A DNA stretch of 64,000 nt, taken from assembly GCA_009914755.4 (NCBI GenBank), contig CP068257.2, positions 27,840,001 to 27,904,000 of the forward strand, given 5' to 3'. Source of the stretch: the human T2T-CHM13v2.0 reference genome, Homo sapiens. The position numbers and the translations under genes are program-made. Shown here one piece after another: positions 25,223 to 39,328 of the stretch. Below the pieces are notes generated by a model, which searched no databases, was not told where the DNA came from, and saw nothing but the letters and a program-made list of their open reading frames with translations. The stretch's first letter is position 1. Each line of letters starts with the position of its first letter.

Positions 25223-26902
25223 CTGCCATGAATGGCCGAAGACTGAGGGAAAACCTTTCTGAACTGGGGACACATTCCCCCATAGGTGCTCAGTACTCTC
25301 CCTGAAGGCTGGCCTCCTCCAACCCCACCCTGTCTGCAACGTTGGGTGTATTCTTTATTCTTTTTTTCAAGCGGGAAAGAGACACAGAAACAATTGGCTT
25401 GTTAAGTTGAAAAAACAGGAAACACTGGTGTGGTGGGGTTCTCTCTCTCTCTGTCTTTCTCTCTCTCTTTTTTTAATGCTTTCACTTTTTAGAAGAGATA
25501 AGCAAAAGATCTGTGGGCCCAAAGAGAGGGTGCTAGTGGAGTTCAGAAAAATGCTTCCCCTTGGGGAGGAATGAAATTGGCTTGGTCCCTTCTCAACGAC
25601 CTCCTGTCCATACCCGAGGCAAAAAAGTCAGCACACACCCATGGCTGATGTGGGGAGCCACAGGGCCCCTGTAGAGAGATTCTGGCTCAGGGTTACTGTC
25701 TCTGCTGCCCTCCTGTGGCAGCTGGGAATTCAGGAATTGCTTTTTAAATGATGGAGGATATTGTTAGGTTCAAGAAAATGTTTCTGGGAATAAATGAGCC
25801 CATTTACCGCAGGCCCTGCAGGGGCAGCAGAGAGCAGGCCGCAGGCAGGGCAGCCTGGGCAGCTCTGCGCCATGGCATCCCCTATTGCTCCTCCAGATGG
25901 TGGGAGCCTGGGCGCTCTTCAAAGAAAACAATGAAGAGCACAGAATAGGGGTCACTATAGCGGACTAGGGAAGTTTGGATAGACCCGTGACCACTCTGTC
26001 CAAACTTTGTAGCTCCCTCTGCTGTTTTCTGGAAGCTCTGAGAAGGCGGTGCCTACAGTTCACAACTCCAAAAGCACCCAACACATTGTTATCACAATAA
26101 TTTATAGCCAGGATGCCTCTTCCACCTGAGAGTGAGCTGCCTGAGCCCTCAGGTTTATGTCTCCAGCCCCGAACACAATTCCAGGCACAAAGGAAGTTCT
26201 CAATAAATACTTGTGAAATGAAAAAATTGGCAGCCCATTTTAGGTTCTACAATATCTCTCCATCATTCATGATCAGAAGTTCTTTCAAATATCCAGAGTA
26301 TGACATGGGTAAGTAGGATGGAAGGAATAAAAATGACCAACCCAGATAGGCTGAGAAAAAGTAGAGTCAGACCTGAGTATTTTAGTGCCCTTTCATAGCA
26401 AGGGAGCTGGGCAGAGGTTATCACATTCTGGCTCTTAATGTACTACCAAGCAAAGAAGACTTTAGTGGGGTAAATGGGGAGAGGTTACAGTAATAATAAT
26501 TCATGTAATTGGTAAAATTCTTCCCATTTTACATAGGAAGCACATGATACATCCTTGCGATAAAGGGTCAGCCACAAAGCCACCAATCCCATCTTTCCTT
26601 ATGGAGAGGAGCCCAAGATGCTGTCATGGTGAATGGAATGATATTGACCCATTATAGATTTTACCATATGAAGAGAGATCACAGGCAAAGATAATGAAAG
26701 ACTCTTTTGCAAGAAGCCACAAGGCATCTGTTGGGTTCAATTCTCAGGTCACTCTATGCAGACTGACAGTCATGCTGAGGAGAGAATGGGAGTAGGCTGC
26801 TTAAAATGTTCTGTGTGTCCAGGATAACCTTTGCTTGGCGTCCTATCTTTGCCACATTATCCATTTAAAATTTTTATTTTATTATCAATATTTCTCCTAT
26901 GA

Positions 26903-27240
<338 letters not shown>

Positions 27241-28171
27241 GCTCTAAGTTTGAAACTTTTCTTATTTCCCTTTCTTTCTCTGAAAAGATCCTACTGACAC
27301 AGAAATATTCTCTGTCACACTTGTCATTTGTGGCTTCCCCCACCCCCTTGGCACATATCTGCCTCATTAGCTTCACATTTCTTTTGAGGACTCAGTTTGA
27401 GATGATCTTTTCCTTCCTCGCCTAGCACCAGTTCATTTTTCCCTGATGACTATTATTATTTGTTTAACCTAGAGTCATATTTTTGGGCACATTTTGCAAG
27501 GATGATGCTATAATGTATAAAAACATGTAATGCCATATTCAAAAGTCACAGATAAATAACTCTTTAGGTGATGGGTGAAACTGGAGATGCTTTTGACTTA
27601 ATGTTCTCAGAGTAGAAAAATAAATGGGAATGTCATACCATGCATTTTTATTAAGCAAATGATGAAAGCAAAATGAAACATAATGTCCTTAATAGTATTT
27701 CCAACAACGCTGAAAAGCAGAAACTTGGGCATTTCCCAAGCTATTGATGTATCTTGCCTTTAGGCTCTGTTCATTAGTCATTTGTAATGCCTATTTATAT
27801 AGATCTTTTATTTTATTTTGATTTGCAATTTAACAACCAGAGCCAGTGAAGATTCTGTTCTCTAGAACACCAGCTGGGTTTCCTTTCCACTAAAAGGGCA
27901 TAGTGTTCTGGGAGATCAGGCATCTAGCATGAAAATGTTCTTTCTTTGTGGAAACTGTCTAAATTTGAAAGTAAATTTTTTAAAGTAGCAATTTGTTGTA
28001 GCAGGGACAATGGCTCATCATCACTTACTGAAGATTAGGAGTAGGAGAAATGTGAGGTGTTATTTTCTGAAGAGACTGGAAGAAGATAAACCTTCCCAAA
28101 GGTGCTCTGTCCCTTTCATGTTCAAGGAAAGAAGGCAATTTTGTTTAGTGGGTAAGAACCATAAAGAATCA

Positions 28172-28477
<306 letters not shown>

Positions 28478-29509
28478 TCATAATGGTGCCACTCTCAAGT
28501 CCTAGGTATGTCCCACACTGCCTCTGCGGGACTTTTTTAGCAATTATTTCTCACTTTCTGCTTCTCAATGAGGAAACGGAGAAGTGAAGAGACTGAGAAC
28601 TACTTCTCTCTATAATTGGTAGGGCTGTCCTTTTCAGTGACAAGTCAACACTGACAATATTTTATGTGTGGCACAGAATTATGGAACCAGAGAATGAAAT
28701 AATTAATATATAGCTCAAAGGCAGAATAACCCTTCAGTCATTCCAGGCAAAAACAACTGCATCTTACATTCAAAGACTGAGAAAAAATAAACTCCATAGT
28801 GGGGTGCCTGGGGAAGAAGAAATAACATTTTCAAATATATAGACAGAGAATTGCCTTTTTAGGGTGGAAGTTACCGGTAATTTAAGTTCCTGTAGAAAAT
28901 AACCTACAATCTTTCGAAGCTGAATGTCTTCTTTAAAGGGGTCGTTTAAGCTCTGTAAATGGAAGACTAGTAGTTATCTATGATTCTTAGGAGGAAACCT
29001 TGACATTTCCCTCTGTTGCCATCCAGATTCTGCTGTTTGCTCATGTAAATTGAGTATTTTTTATCTGGGCTATGTTGTAAAGGTGACTTTTAGAAGTTGT
29101 CTCCTCCTTCCATTAGCTTATTTTACTTATTGTCTCCCACATGGGACTATGAATGGTTGAACAGTCTACACTGTTTTTTTGGTTTTGTTTTTTGAGCAGC
29201 TCAAAAAATTAAGTTGTGGACTAAAAATAAAGAAAGCTATTCCACGAATGGTTGAATGTAGGGGCTGGGATTGAGCCATTTCCTATAAGGGAGTGAATAC
29301 CCTGGGGGTTCCCGAGGCTTCCTTTTACGTCTTTTCTTGTTTTTCTGGAGAGTTAAGAGAGAAAACTATGTCCAGGCTTGAAGAATATTAGTGGGGAAGA
29401 TTTGGTTCTGGGCTCAAGGTATGGTGATGCTAGAAGCTGGTATGACCAACCACCAGAGTAAAAAATATTGACTCGGAAGTGCACAGAGTCTGGGTAATAC
29501 TGGAAGTAT

Positions 29510-29537
29510 GTGGTGTGTGTGTGTGTATCTGTGTGTT
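29510..29537. repeat. (GT)n microsatellite, imperfect
   Basis: gtggtgtgtgtgtgtgtatctgtgtgt. Confidence 0.9.
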
Positions 29538-31204
29538 TTTGGAGGGGAGAACTATGGGTCAAAATCAGCAGGCATTAATAGGGATTTGGGATACTGGCAT
29601 TTCCTGACAAAATTAACCCCCAAAGACCTGCTGGATTAGGTCAGCCAATGTGAGTCCTCCTTGGAAATATTGGGGGAGGAGTAGCTTTCCAAATTTCATC
29701 GAATGGTAACTCAGGATCAAAACTCACTGATATCTGAGGCTGTGTCTATAACCAGATTACATGACTGTGCACACAGAAGAATAGGAATTCAACAAATTGT
29801 AGATGCTTTGGGCTATAGAAGAAAACTGTAATGAGACTGAAAATGATGGACTCTCACAATCTGTGGCCCTAAATCCCTGGCAGGTAGAGTGTATTTAGCA
29901 AAATACTTGAGGTGTGATAAGTTTTGTTTGCTTATTTTTTCTCAATTTATTTCATCTTTTAACTTCCACTGCCTGTAATTCAGTCAGATTATTGGCGCCA
30001 GGCTTATTGCCTAAGGGGAGAGACGAAGAGGTAAGTGTTTCAAAAGTGTAATGCCTTAGGTAATTCCAAAGGATTTGAGGCAAAGACAAAATGTTATGAG
30101 GAATATCAGTTAGCTTTTCTGTAGGACCAACTGCTCCCAAATGGAGTGCATAACACAAACATTATTTACCGTTGCCCGAGTTCTGCTGAACTGAGACAGC
30201 CTTAGTTGACTGTGTCTGAGCTAGCTCGTGGGTCTTCATTACAGTTCATGGCCTCCCTCCTATGCCTAGGGATTGTCTAGGAGTTGGCTGGGGCCATGAG
30301 GAAATGTGGTCCTGTGCCTCCATCATCCAGCGAGCTAACCTTGGCTTCTTCACATGGTGGCTGCAAGATTTCAAGAGTGGGCAGATGTGCAACGCTCCCT
30401 CAGGCCTGTATCCCAACAGGCACTGCATCAGTTCTGCCACTTTCTATTGACCAAAGAAAGTCTCAAGGGCACCCCAGATTCGAGTGGAGAAAAACCTTTC
30501 ACTTTGATGGGAGGAGCTATGAAGACACATTGCAAATGGGCAGGAAAGGGTGAGGAATTGCAGCTATCTTTGCAATTTGTCACACATATCACAAAGGAAT
30601 GGGGAACATGGACACTGACAGCAGGACGGCAGCCTTCTCTGTAGCCACTCACATGACAAAATATTGGCCTTACGGTTCCCATTCTGGGAAAATGAAGAAC
30701 CCAGATGGTTAGTAATGATTGTAGTGATTAGAACAATGGTTTTGGGGCATAGTCCACAGTAGGAAAAATGCAAAACCCTACATTGATTTGTGGGGCCAGA
30801 GAGAGAAAGGTGCCCTGATGAGGCAGAAGCTCCCAGAGAGAGAATGGCTGTAATGTAAGGCCAGACAAGTAGCCCACAGATAGATAACAGAAATTCCTAG
30901 TTACCAGCCAACCACAGCAAGCAATGGAATGAGTTCTGTGCCTTCAGGTATGGCAGGGAACCAGCAGAGAGCCTGAGTCATCAAGCCTAAATGAAGCTCT
31001 GTGGATAAGAGTGACAGCCATCTTGAAGCCTCTTGGATGGATTCACCGCTAGGGACACAGAGACTTCCCCTGCCCTTGTCACCCCAACACTTCAGCACCA
31101 AGTAAGTCACCCCACCAACATAAACATAGTAACAAGTATGGAAGGTAAGGGAGAAGAGATATCCTGAGGTTATATTTTTGAAATCCCAGGAGAATATAAG
31201 CTCA

Positions 31205-31612
<408 letters not shown>

Positions 31613-33598
31613 AAGATGAAGTACAGAAAAATTTTTAAAGCGTGTGTATTCTTTTCAATGGTTGAATTTGGTGGTCGTGATTCAGCTCATTTCCTGTAGA
31701 GGAGGTAAGAGAACACGTATGCAACTTCCCAAGAGTTTTTAATGACTCTCTTATTTTTATTAAGATGTTAGGACAGGGCACTATGTGGAAAGCCCCTTAG
31801 CTGGGGCTCTAGAGCAGGAGGAGTGAACAGCCTAATGTGACCAGGTTTCTTGGGCATAAGAATAGCTTCATGGCTCCAAGTCTGATCATTTGTGCATAGG
31901 TCAGTATATTGTGACCAATCTCCTTAAAAGCTGTTCATCCCGTGGTAGAAATAATAAAGTATCCAACACTGAGAGTGTTCTTGACATTGTTACTCCAGCC
32001 TTGGGAAGATGTCTTCGATGCATGGCTGAGGCCAATTGCACCTGGGTGAAAGTGGCAGGTACAAAATGAAAGTGAGGAGGGTTGTGACAAAGTGTCTCAG
32101 AAGTGCCATGTTTGAACCCGTTCACTCTCAAGGTGAACAATGCTTCTGACACCGAGGCCAAGTGTTTACAGAATGTTGAACTACCGCTGGGAATGTTGGG
32201 AATTTCTTGCTATTTTTCACTGAGTGGGAGCCCAAGTGTCTGCGTTTGTGTTCAGGCTAAAGACATTGCTGTAGAACTCAGAGAAAATGGAGTGGGAGAT
32301 CAAGGAAACTGATCAGCCTCTCCCAGAAAGTGAAAGCAGGGGATGTACTAAAAATGCTCTGATGGACCCTATGTTTCCTAGATTCTTCCAGTTACTGGTC
32401 TGGCAAAGGGAGGTGGTGGTTTGAATTAATGAGAAGGGGTTACTGGGATGAAAACAAGGTCTTTTATCCTTACTGTAACTATAGAGTTTGGTTAAAAAAA
32501 ATAGAAGTCTTAACACAGCCCTGCAGGAATTAATGAAAGAGCCAGACCCTTGGGCAAAGGGGCAGAGTTGGAAAAAGGCTAAAAGAAGAATTCTTAGAGC
32601 TGAGGGGCCAATGAGCACATGTAGACACCTAGAAAAATCAACTTTAGTGTTTCATTCTGCAGTGATGGATTATTTAACCTCTTTAAGTCTCACTTTCATT
32701 GACAATAAAACGGAAGTAAATGGTAGTACCAACTTCCCAGAATCTTGGTTTCATAAAGCCCTTAACAGTGTGCTAAGCACTCAGGAAATGTTATCTCTTG
32801 TTATTATTACTTGTCACACTGACTAATATCAGAAAATCATGAAGGAGTTGTGAATTCAAGATATCTTTCCTCTCTGCTCGTCTTTGCCTCAGTTGAAAAG
32901 CCTCAACCTAGTTTAAGGATCTAGCCTCTAAGACTGATGAATCATGCTGTAGCAAAAGTGAATAGACGTGATTGGCATTCACTGGTGCTAGCCAGAGAAT
33001 TAGGTTCCCCATGATAAAAATGGAATGGATTGGGCTGGCCTCATCTGATTAGAGAAATCTGCCCTTATTGCTGCTATGTGATTATGAGGCTGGACTTCTT
33101 GGACAGCCTGGTGGAGGTCTTGGGAGATGTGGGTAGGAGTAAGAGCTAAAATTCGTTGAAGTACTTGGTGTGTGCTGGGCACAATACTCCTTGTGGGGTT
33201 CAGTGAGGCCTCAGATGCAACATGAAAGGGGATTCCAAAAACTCAGTCATCAAGAAAAATATGATTTTGATGCAATATTAAAAGATAGAAATTAATACAA
33301 AAAGTCTATGGTGAGCAAAGTAGCAAAATTTAAAGTAACAACAAAATCACTGAAAGTGCCATGTTGAGCAGTGTTGGAGTCTGAGACAAAAGGAAAAATC
33401 AGTTACATTATTCCTGTCTTTATTTATAATTTTGATATTTTGTTCAGTAACATTTTTTGCACTGTGATTTAAAAAAAATGTGCACTCACATACTGCCTTT
33501 GTTACTGAGTTTTTCACATCTGCTTAAATTTTATGCCTAAGGAGAGTGCCTCCCTTGCCTTGTCCTACTCCCACTACTTCCCTATATAAGAATTTATT

Positions 33599-33825
33599 GG
33601 CCAGGTGTGTTGGCTCACACCTGTAATCCCTGCAGTTTGGGAGGCCGAGGTGGGTGGATCACAAGGTCAGGCATTCGAGACCAGCCTGGCCAACATAGTG
33701 AAACCCCGTCTCTACTAAAAATACAAAAAATTAGCCAGTCATGGTGGCGGGCACCTGTAATCCCAGCTATTTAGGAGGCTGAGGCAGGAGAATCTCTTGA
33801 ACCCGGGAGGCGGAGGTTGCAGTGA
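33599..33825 (+). mobile_element. Alu, 3'-truncated (ends at '..ggaggttgcagtga'), abutting an L1 fragment
   Basis: 'ggccaggtgtgttggctcacacctgtaatccctgcagtttgggaggccgaggtgggtggatcacaaggtcaggcattcgagaccagcc..gaacccgggaggcggaggttgcagtga'. Confidence 0.92.
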
Positions 33826-33832
33826 AATATTT

Positions 33833-34070
33833 TAAAAATATTTTAAGTTTAGGGGTACATGTGCAGGATGTGCAGGTTTGTTACATAGGTAAGCATGTGC
33901 CTTGGTGATTTGCTGCACAGTTCATCCCGTCACCTAGGTATTAAGCCCAGCATCCATTAGCTATTATTCCTGATGCTCTCCCTCCCCCATCCCCCCACCC
34001 TCAACAGGCCCCAGTGTGTGTTGTCCCCCACCTTGTGTCCATGTGTCCTCATCATTCTAGAGCTGCATTC
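33833..34070 (+). mobile_element. L1 (L1P-type) internal fragment
   Basis: 'tttaagtttaggggtacatgtgcaggatgtgcaggtttgttacataggtaagcatgtgccttggtgatttgctgcac..ctccctcccccatccccccaccctcaacaggccccagtgtgtgttgtcccc..gtgtccatgtgtcctcatcattc' matches the well-known L1 segment TTTAAGTTCTAGGGTACATGTGCACAACGTGCAGGTTTGTTACATATGTATACATGTGCCATGTTGGTGTGCTGCACCC..CCCTCCCCCCTCCCCCCACCCCACAACAGGCCCCGGTGTGTGATGTTCCCC..GTGTCCATGTGTTCTCATTGTTC. Confidence 0.8.
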
Positions 34071-34074
34071 TTTG

Positions 34075-34330
34075 TGTTGCTTGGCTTATGACCCCTCCTT
34101 TCAGCTTCAAAGCCAGTGGGGAAGTGTCTTGCTTCAGTTATTACATTGCCTCCTTCTGTTGTAATTCTATCTCTCTCTGCCTCTCTTTTATAAAGACACT
34201 TGTGATTACATGTAGGACCTGCTGAGGTAACCCAGGATAATCTCTCCTATCTCAAGTTATGTCCCCTTAATCAGATCTGGAAAGTCCCTTTTGTCTATAA
34301 TGTGACATTCGCAAGGTCTGGTGATTAAGA
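34075..34330 (+). mobile_element. Fragment of an ancient LTR-like repeat (3' part: '..ctcttttataaagacacttgtgattacatgtaggacctgctgaggtaacccaggataatctc..'). Tentative.
   Basis: Resembles the 3' third of the 1093/23045 family (..TTTATAAGGACACCAGTCATATTGGATTAGGGCCCACCCTAATGACCTCAT..). Confidence 0.35.
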
Positions 34331-37300
34331 CATGGATCCCTTTGAGGGCCATTAATCAGCCTTCCATCAGCCATATAGTAAGTGGCAATGTTCACATCAG
34401 ACTGAGGCTGACTGGCTTCTGCATCCCTTTGTTGGAGTTTGCTGACGTGCAGTCAAACCAGGAGGCAGGCACCGAGGAGGCTGCATCAAGGAGCATCAAT
34501 TTCAGTCTCATTAGAAGGCCTGACAAGCTCTGTAGGCAGCATCAAGGCAAATTAGTGGGGAGTCCTCCTCATCTTTGTCCTGCATCCAGAACCCTGCTCA
34601 GAAGTCACAGGCAACAGAAAGTCTCATGCTTAATGTTTGGAACCAAATTTATTTGACTATTCTAGGTAATGAGACCTTATTTTATGCTCTGAGCTGGAGA
34701 GGCAGGAAGTTATAGTAATGCAGAGAAAATGGATGGTAACCTTCTTTCATCCCCAGGTGTCAGTTTCTTCCTATCAGTGTGGACATTCTTCTTTTGATGT
34801 ATCTTAAGTTCTTACTGACTTAAGTCTCATTTTCCTGGCTTCTTTTGTTGGGAAGATGGAAAGCAATCACCTTCCACTATCTGAATGATAGCATTTATTA
34901 TTTCAGAGACTAGTGACATTTTAGCCAATTTTGTCTTATTGCACAGGAAGTAAAAAGGAGTCAATGTGTGGGATAGTCATTGTGATTTATTTGCTGTTGG
35001 GTTTCAACATATATAATAAGAATTACCTTTATTTTCTGCCAGCAACTCTTTGTAAGTTATGCAAGGACATTCACAGACTATACCATTTAGAGCAGGGTTG
35101 TGCAAACTTCTGTAGAGTGACACCGTAAATATTTTAGGCTTTCCGGGCTAAACAACCTGCATTGCAACTACTCAACTCTGCTGTCATGTCACACTGACAG
35201 ATAGGAACGATATGCAAAGATGTCGGTGTGGCTATGCTCCAGTGAAACTTTATTTATCGACACTGAATCTCATATAGTTTGCAAGTGTCATGAGATATTC
35301 TTTTGATATTTTCAACCACTTATAAACGTTTAAATGTGAAATGTATAAACCATTCTTAGCAAACACTGGTAGTGGACTGTAGTCTGCTGCTCTCTGACCT
35401 GGTAATCTTCAAATTTTGTAACCTGTTCCTGGATGATGGCTTGAGGGCAAAGTGAGGTAGGCTGGCATGACATTATCCTGTTGGGAGGGCCAGGTGTATT
35501 TAATGTCTTGCCCCTGATCCTGTCTCATCTTCTATCTTCAAATCCATCAATGACTCTAAAATAAACTGCTGAGATTCAGTTTTAAAATAGCTCCTCTTCC
35601 ATCTAGTTTGCTGTCAGCCTCCAGATCCTGGTTAGACTCTTTAACATCCACCTGCTCCCAGACTCCTCCCTCTTGCTCCTCCCTTTATTTTCACCCAACT
35701 CTATTATTTGTGTATATTTCTGCCTTCTCCATTTTCCCTGCCAGAATGTAAATTCCTTGAAGAGTGAGAGCGAATACTTATTAATCTTTGCTGCTGTAGT
35801 GCACTTATATCAGAATGGTGGCCAGAGCTCCATAAGTGTTTTTTACCTATAAATTCTTCTCCAAAATTACATGATGAAATTGGGTGCCATCTAAAAAACA
35901 TAGAGATAGTATGTCCTCTGTTGTTTTTCCATATGTCATGCACTTTTGACCCAAATAATGATAAAAAGCAACTGTGTGAATGTCTGCATTTGAAGATACT
36001 ACTCTTGGGAAATGGGTCTTCTTTCTCTCAGCACTGAATCTTCCATCATCCTGGCTCTAAGCTGTGCTAATTTGAAAATAAGGGAGAACAAAGAAGCTTG
36101 GTCTGGAGATGAATCACAGTATGAAAGAACACACAATCAAATGGCAAAGAAAAGGTGGACATGCTTAGGCTGATTCATACCCTGGTAAATTAATGGCACA
36201 GTTGCCTCCTGATTACAAAGATCTACTTCCAAAGAAGCTACTCTTGTTGATAAAAGACTCCCAGCCCACTGAAAAGGAAAAGGAAACGGAGTCTCAGAAC
36301 ACTTCAAATAACTTTTCTACTGTTTGGAAAATATTTTCCTGAGATGCTGAGTTCTATCATCAGCAAAGAAATAATTTATTCAGAAGTGTGGAAGGATTTA
36401 GAATTTCTCCAGTGCTCCCTTTCATTCTGTTTAAGATGTGGGCCATATCTTTGAGGAATTCCTGCCTACAGGTTGTCACGGGGTGGTTAACAGGATGTAA
36501 GAGCAGTTGCTACAGTATTGAGGGACCTAGACGTCATCAAAGTTTGGTTTGGATGGATATGACAACAGGACGTGTGCACAAAACATTGTATTGATGTTAG
36601 GCCAAAGATATCAATGAACAATTTAAAAATTCTGCTTCTGTGCTAAGGGCAGCCACCCTGCCATGTGAGCAGCAGTGCATGAGGGCCAGGAAATTAAAAG
36701 GCTTAACCGCATGCCCCAAACCATCCAAGCTACTTTATTGTTCAAGTGAAGTGAAATACAAACACAAATAGCCAGGAGGGTGAAATTTAAATTAAACTTC
36801 AAAATCATTTTGTGTTTTAACCATCGACAGTGTTCTTTGTGCTGCAAATAAGGCCACATTTATCGGAAACCTAGAAAAATAACTCCCTTGGCTCTATAGT
36901 CTCCCTTTTACATACTCTGCACCTGTTCACTTTGAAAGAAAGTTTGACCAGGTTCCCAGGAATGCAAAGTAACTACCTAGGAGGACTTTCTAAACCATGA
37001 TGACCATGGCTAATGCTCTTCTCCAAGATGATGATCTGGATTTCAGCAGGATTTCAGGCCAAGATTGTCGTGCCTTTCATTGTTAGGTGGCTGCATTTGG
37101 AAATGCCTTGCAAGAGAGACATCTGCAAGGGATTCCTAATGATTCACCACGTTCTGGCTTTGTGACTTGGATACGCATTTCTGTAGACTGGTTTTTCCTT
37201 GGCACAGTTGTGCTACTGCTCTCCAGTCAGGAGCTGGATGTGAATGAGCAGGATGTTTCCCTGAACAGTTGAGCTTTTATTCTTTGAATCACAGACCACC

Positions 37301-37538
37301 TGCAGAAATTCCCCCTTATGGAAAGAGGTTGGAACCCACGCTGGAGCTAGGCAACAGGCTCAGTGGATTGGCAATTCCATGTTTTTTTTTTTTTTTTTTT
37401 TTTTTTTCTGAGACCAAGAATTTTTCTGCCTTCGGAGAGATTTGGGTTCATTTATAAAAGAAGATTTGATTTCTAAAAGTCTGCTATTAATGTGGCAGGC
37501 TAAATGAAAAAGTGTTGAAAGCAATAAGTTAAAAATCA

Positions 37539-37857
<319 letters not shown>

Positions 37858-39212
37858 TCATGAGAGAAAATAACAAGGTTGTAAATGTCACTGCCTGTGC
37901 CATGTAGAAAGAGGTATATTTTTCAAAGACATCTATCAGGTTTGCTACATAGATATTGTTTCTTTAAGAGGATTTAAGAAGGGTGTTCATACAAACTTGT
38001 AGATATGGGGTTTGAAGTAGGAGGAAAAAAAAAACAGAAAAAAAGAAGAAAGGGAGTCTAGCGAGTAGGTTTTAAGAACAGATGCAGTTCCTCCAGGCAA
38101 ATCTGGTGAAAGGGACCAGCATGACTTCTGGCCCTCGTGGGGGGCTCTGGGGTCCCGTGGTCACCTCCTTCACAGCAGGCAGCAGCCTCTAAGTTGCTCA
38201 AAAAAGCTTCTCCTTAAGGCCAAGAGAAGTCTTTATGTTTGAGCCTAGACTTTATATTTTTGCCTTGATTAAAGAATTCTCTGTGTTTATTTCTTTTTAC
38301 TTGAAGGTGCTTTCTCTTTAGGTTGAGGCAAAAAGAAAAATAATTCTTATTAATAGGAAAGACACAAAGAACTTTTCCTGTTACTTTGTGGGTGAGTACT
38401 GGCCACCATCTGTGGTGGTTTAAAAAATCTATCCATAAATGCTTTGATAGTTCTGCCATCATGAAGTGGAGTCTATGAACCAATCCCCGGAACATGGGCA
38501 GCCTTTGTGATCGGCTTGATGAATAGAATGAAGCAGAGTTATGCTGCCTGACTGACTTCTAGGCCTTGGCTAGATGATGCCACATGGCTGCTATGGTTTC
38601 TCCTGTGACTCTAGTTCTGGGAGTCTTCTGCCACCATATTTGTAGTCTGGCCATTCTTAGGTAACGTGGAAAGAATTAACTCCGCAGGGGTAATTGTTCA
38701 AACTCTTCACATTTCGAAGAAGGTTTGGCCCTTGTTCAGCCCCTGGAGTGTTTTTATTTACCTGAAACTTTGGGCCATGCCAGATAGTTAATAATAATGT
38801 GAATAATGGTAGCAGACTTTGGGCTGTGGTATCAGCTTGACCTCTGGAGGGGCTGAAGAGCTGAGGTCAAGCATGGGGGTGGTCAGCCATGCCAGTGTAA
38901 TCCTCAGTGAAAACACTTGGTCAAACCTTGGCCACCAAAGTTTGAGTGAGCTTCCCTTGTTGGCAATACTTTGTGAATATTGCCATATATCATTCCTGGA
39001 AAAATTACGTGCTATCTCAATGACTCCACTGGGAGAAGGCAACTGGAAACTTTCCCTTGGTGTCTCCTAGACTCTTCCCTAACCACCTTTTTCCATTGCT
39101 GATTTTAATCTGTATCTTTTTGCTGTCAAATACCATAACTGTACATACAACAGCTCTGGTGAATTCTGTGAGTCACTGTAGCAGAGTATTGAACATGAAA
39201 ATGGGTTTTGGG

Positions 39213-39215
<3 letters not shown>

Positions 39216-39250
<35 letters not shown>

Positions 39251-39252
39251 AC

Positions 39253-39283
<31 letters not shown>

Positions 39284-39328
39284 AAGAGATGAGAGAGAGA
39301 AAAATAGAGAGAGAGAGAGATAGAGAGT
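39216..39328. repeat. Compound microsatellite (CA)17-(GA)13 followed by a degenerate GA-rich tract
   Basis: 'acacacac..acaccacagagagagagagagagagagagagaaataaagagatgagagagagaaaaatagagagagagagagatagagag'. Confidence 0.97.

Noticed and set aside
25780-26060. Locally GC-rich patch (~58 % GC) with overlapping ORFs on both strands
   Set aside because: I counted only ~7 CpG in ~250 bp, an observed/expected ratio of ~0.3. That is well below CpG-island criteria. No TATA/initiator context or exon-like frame is present. It could be a weak regulatory element but I cannot support that from sequence alone.
30240-31200. Cluster of overlapping 60-100-aa ORFs on both strands (30246-30773) followed by a segment resembling an old LTR/MER element
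   Set aside because: Frames overlap each other on both strands, which is typical of non-coding GC-moderate sequence. The downstream part ('..gacagccatcttgaagcctcttggatgg..cacagagacttcccc..') looks like a degraded ancient repeat. I could not assign a family, so no feature is called.
37382-37407. T26 homopolymer
   Set aside because: It is probably a simple A/T run or the remnant tail of a degraded SINE. The following 'ctgagaccaag' is only vaguely Alu-like. There is nothing to support a specific element or function.
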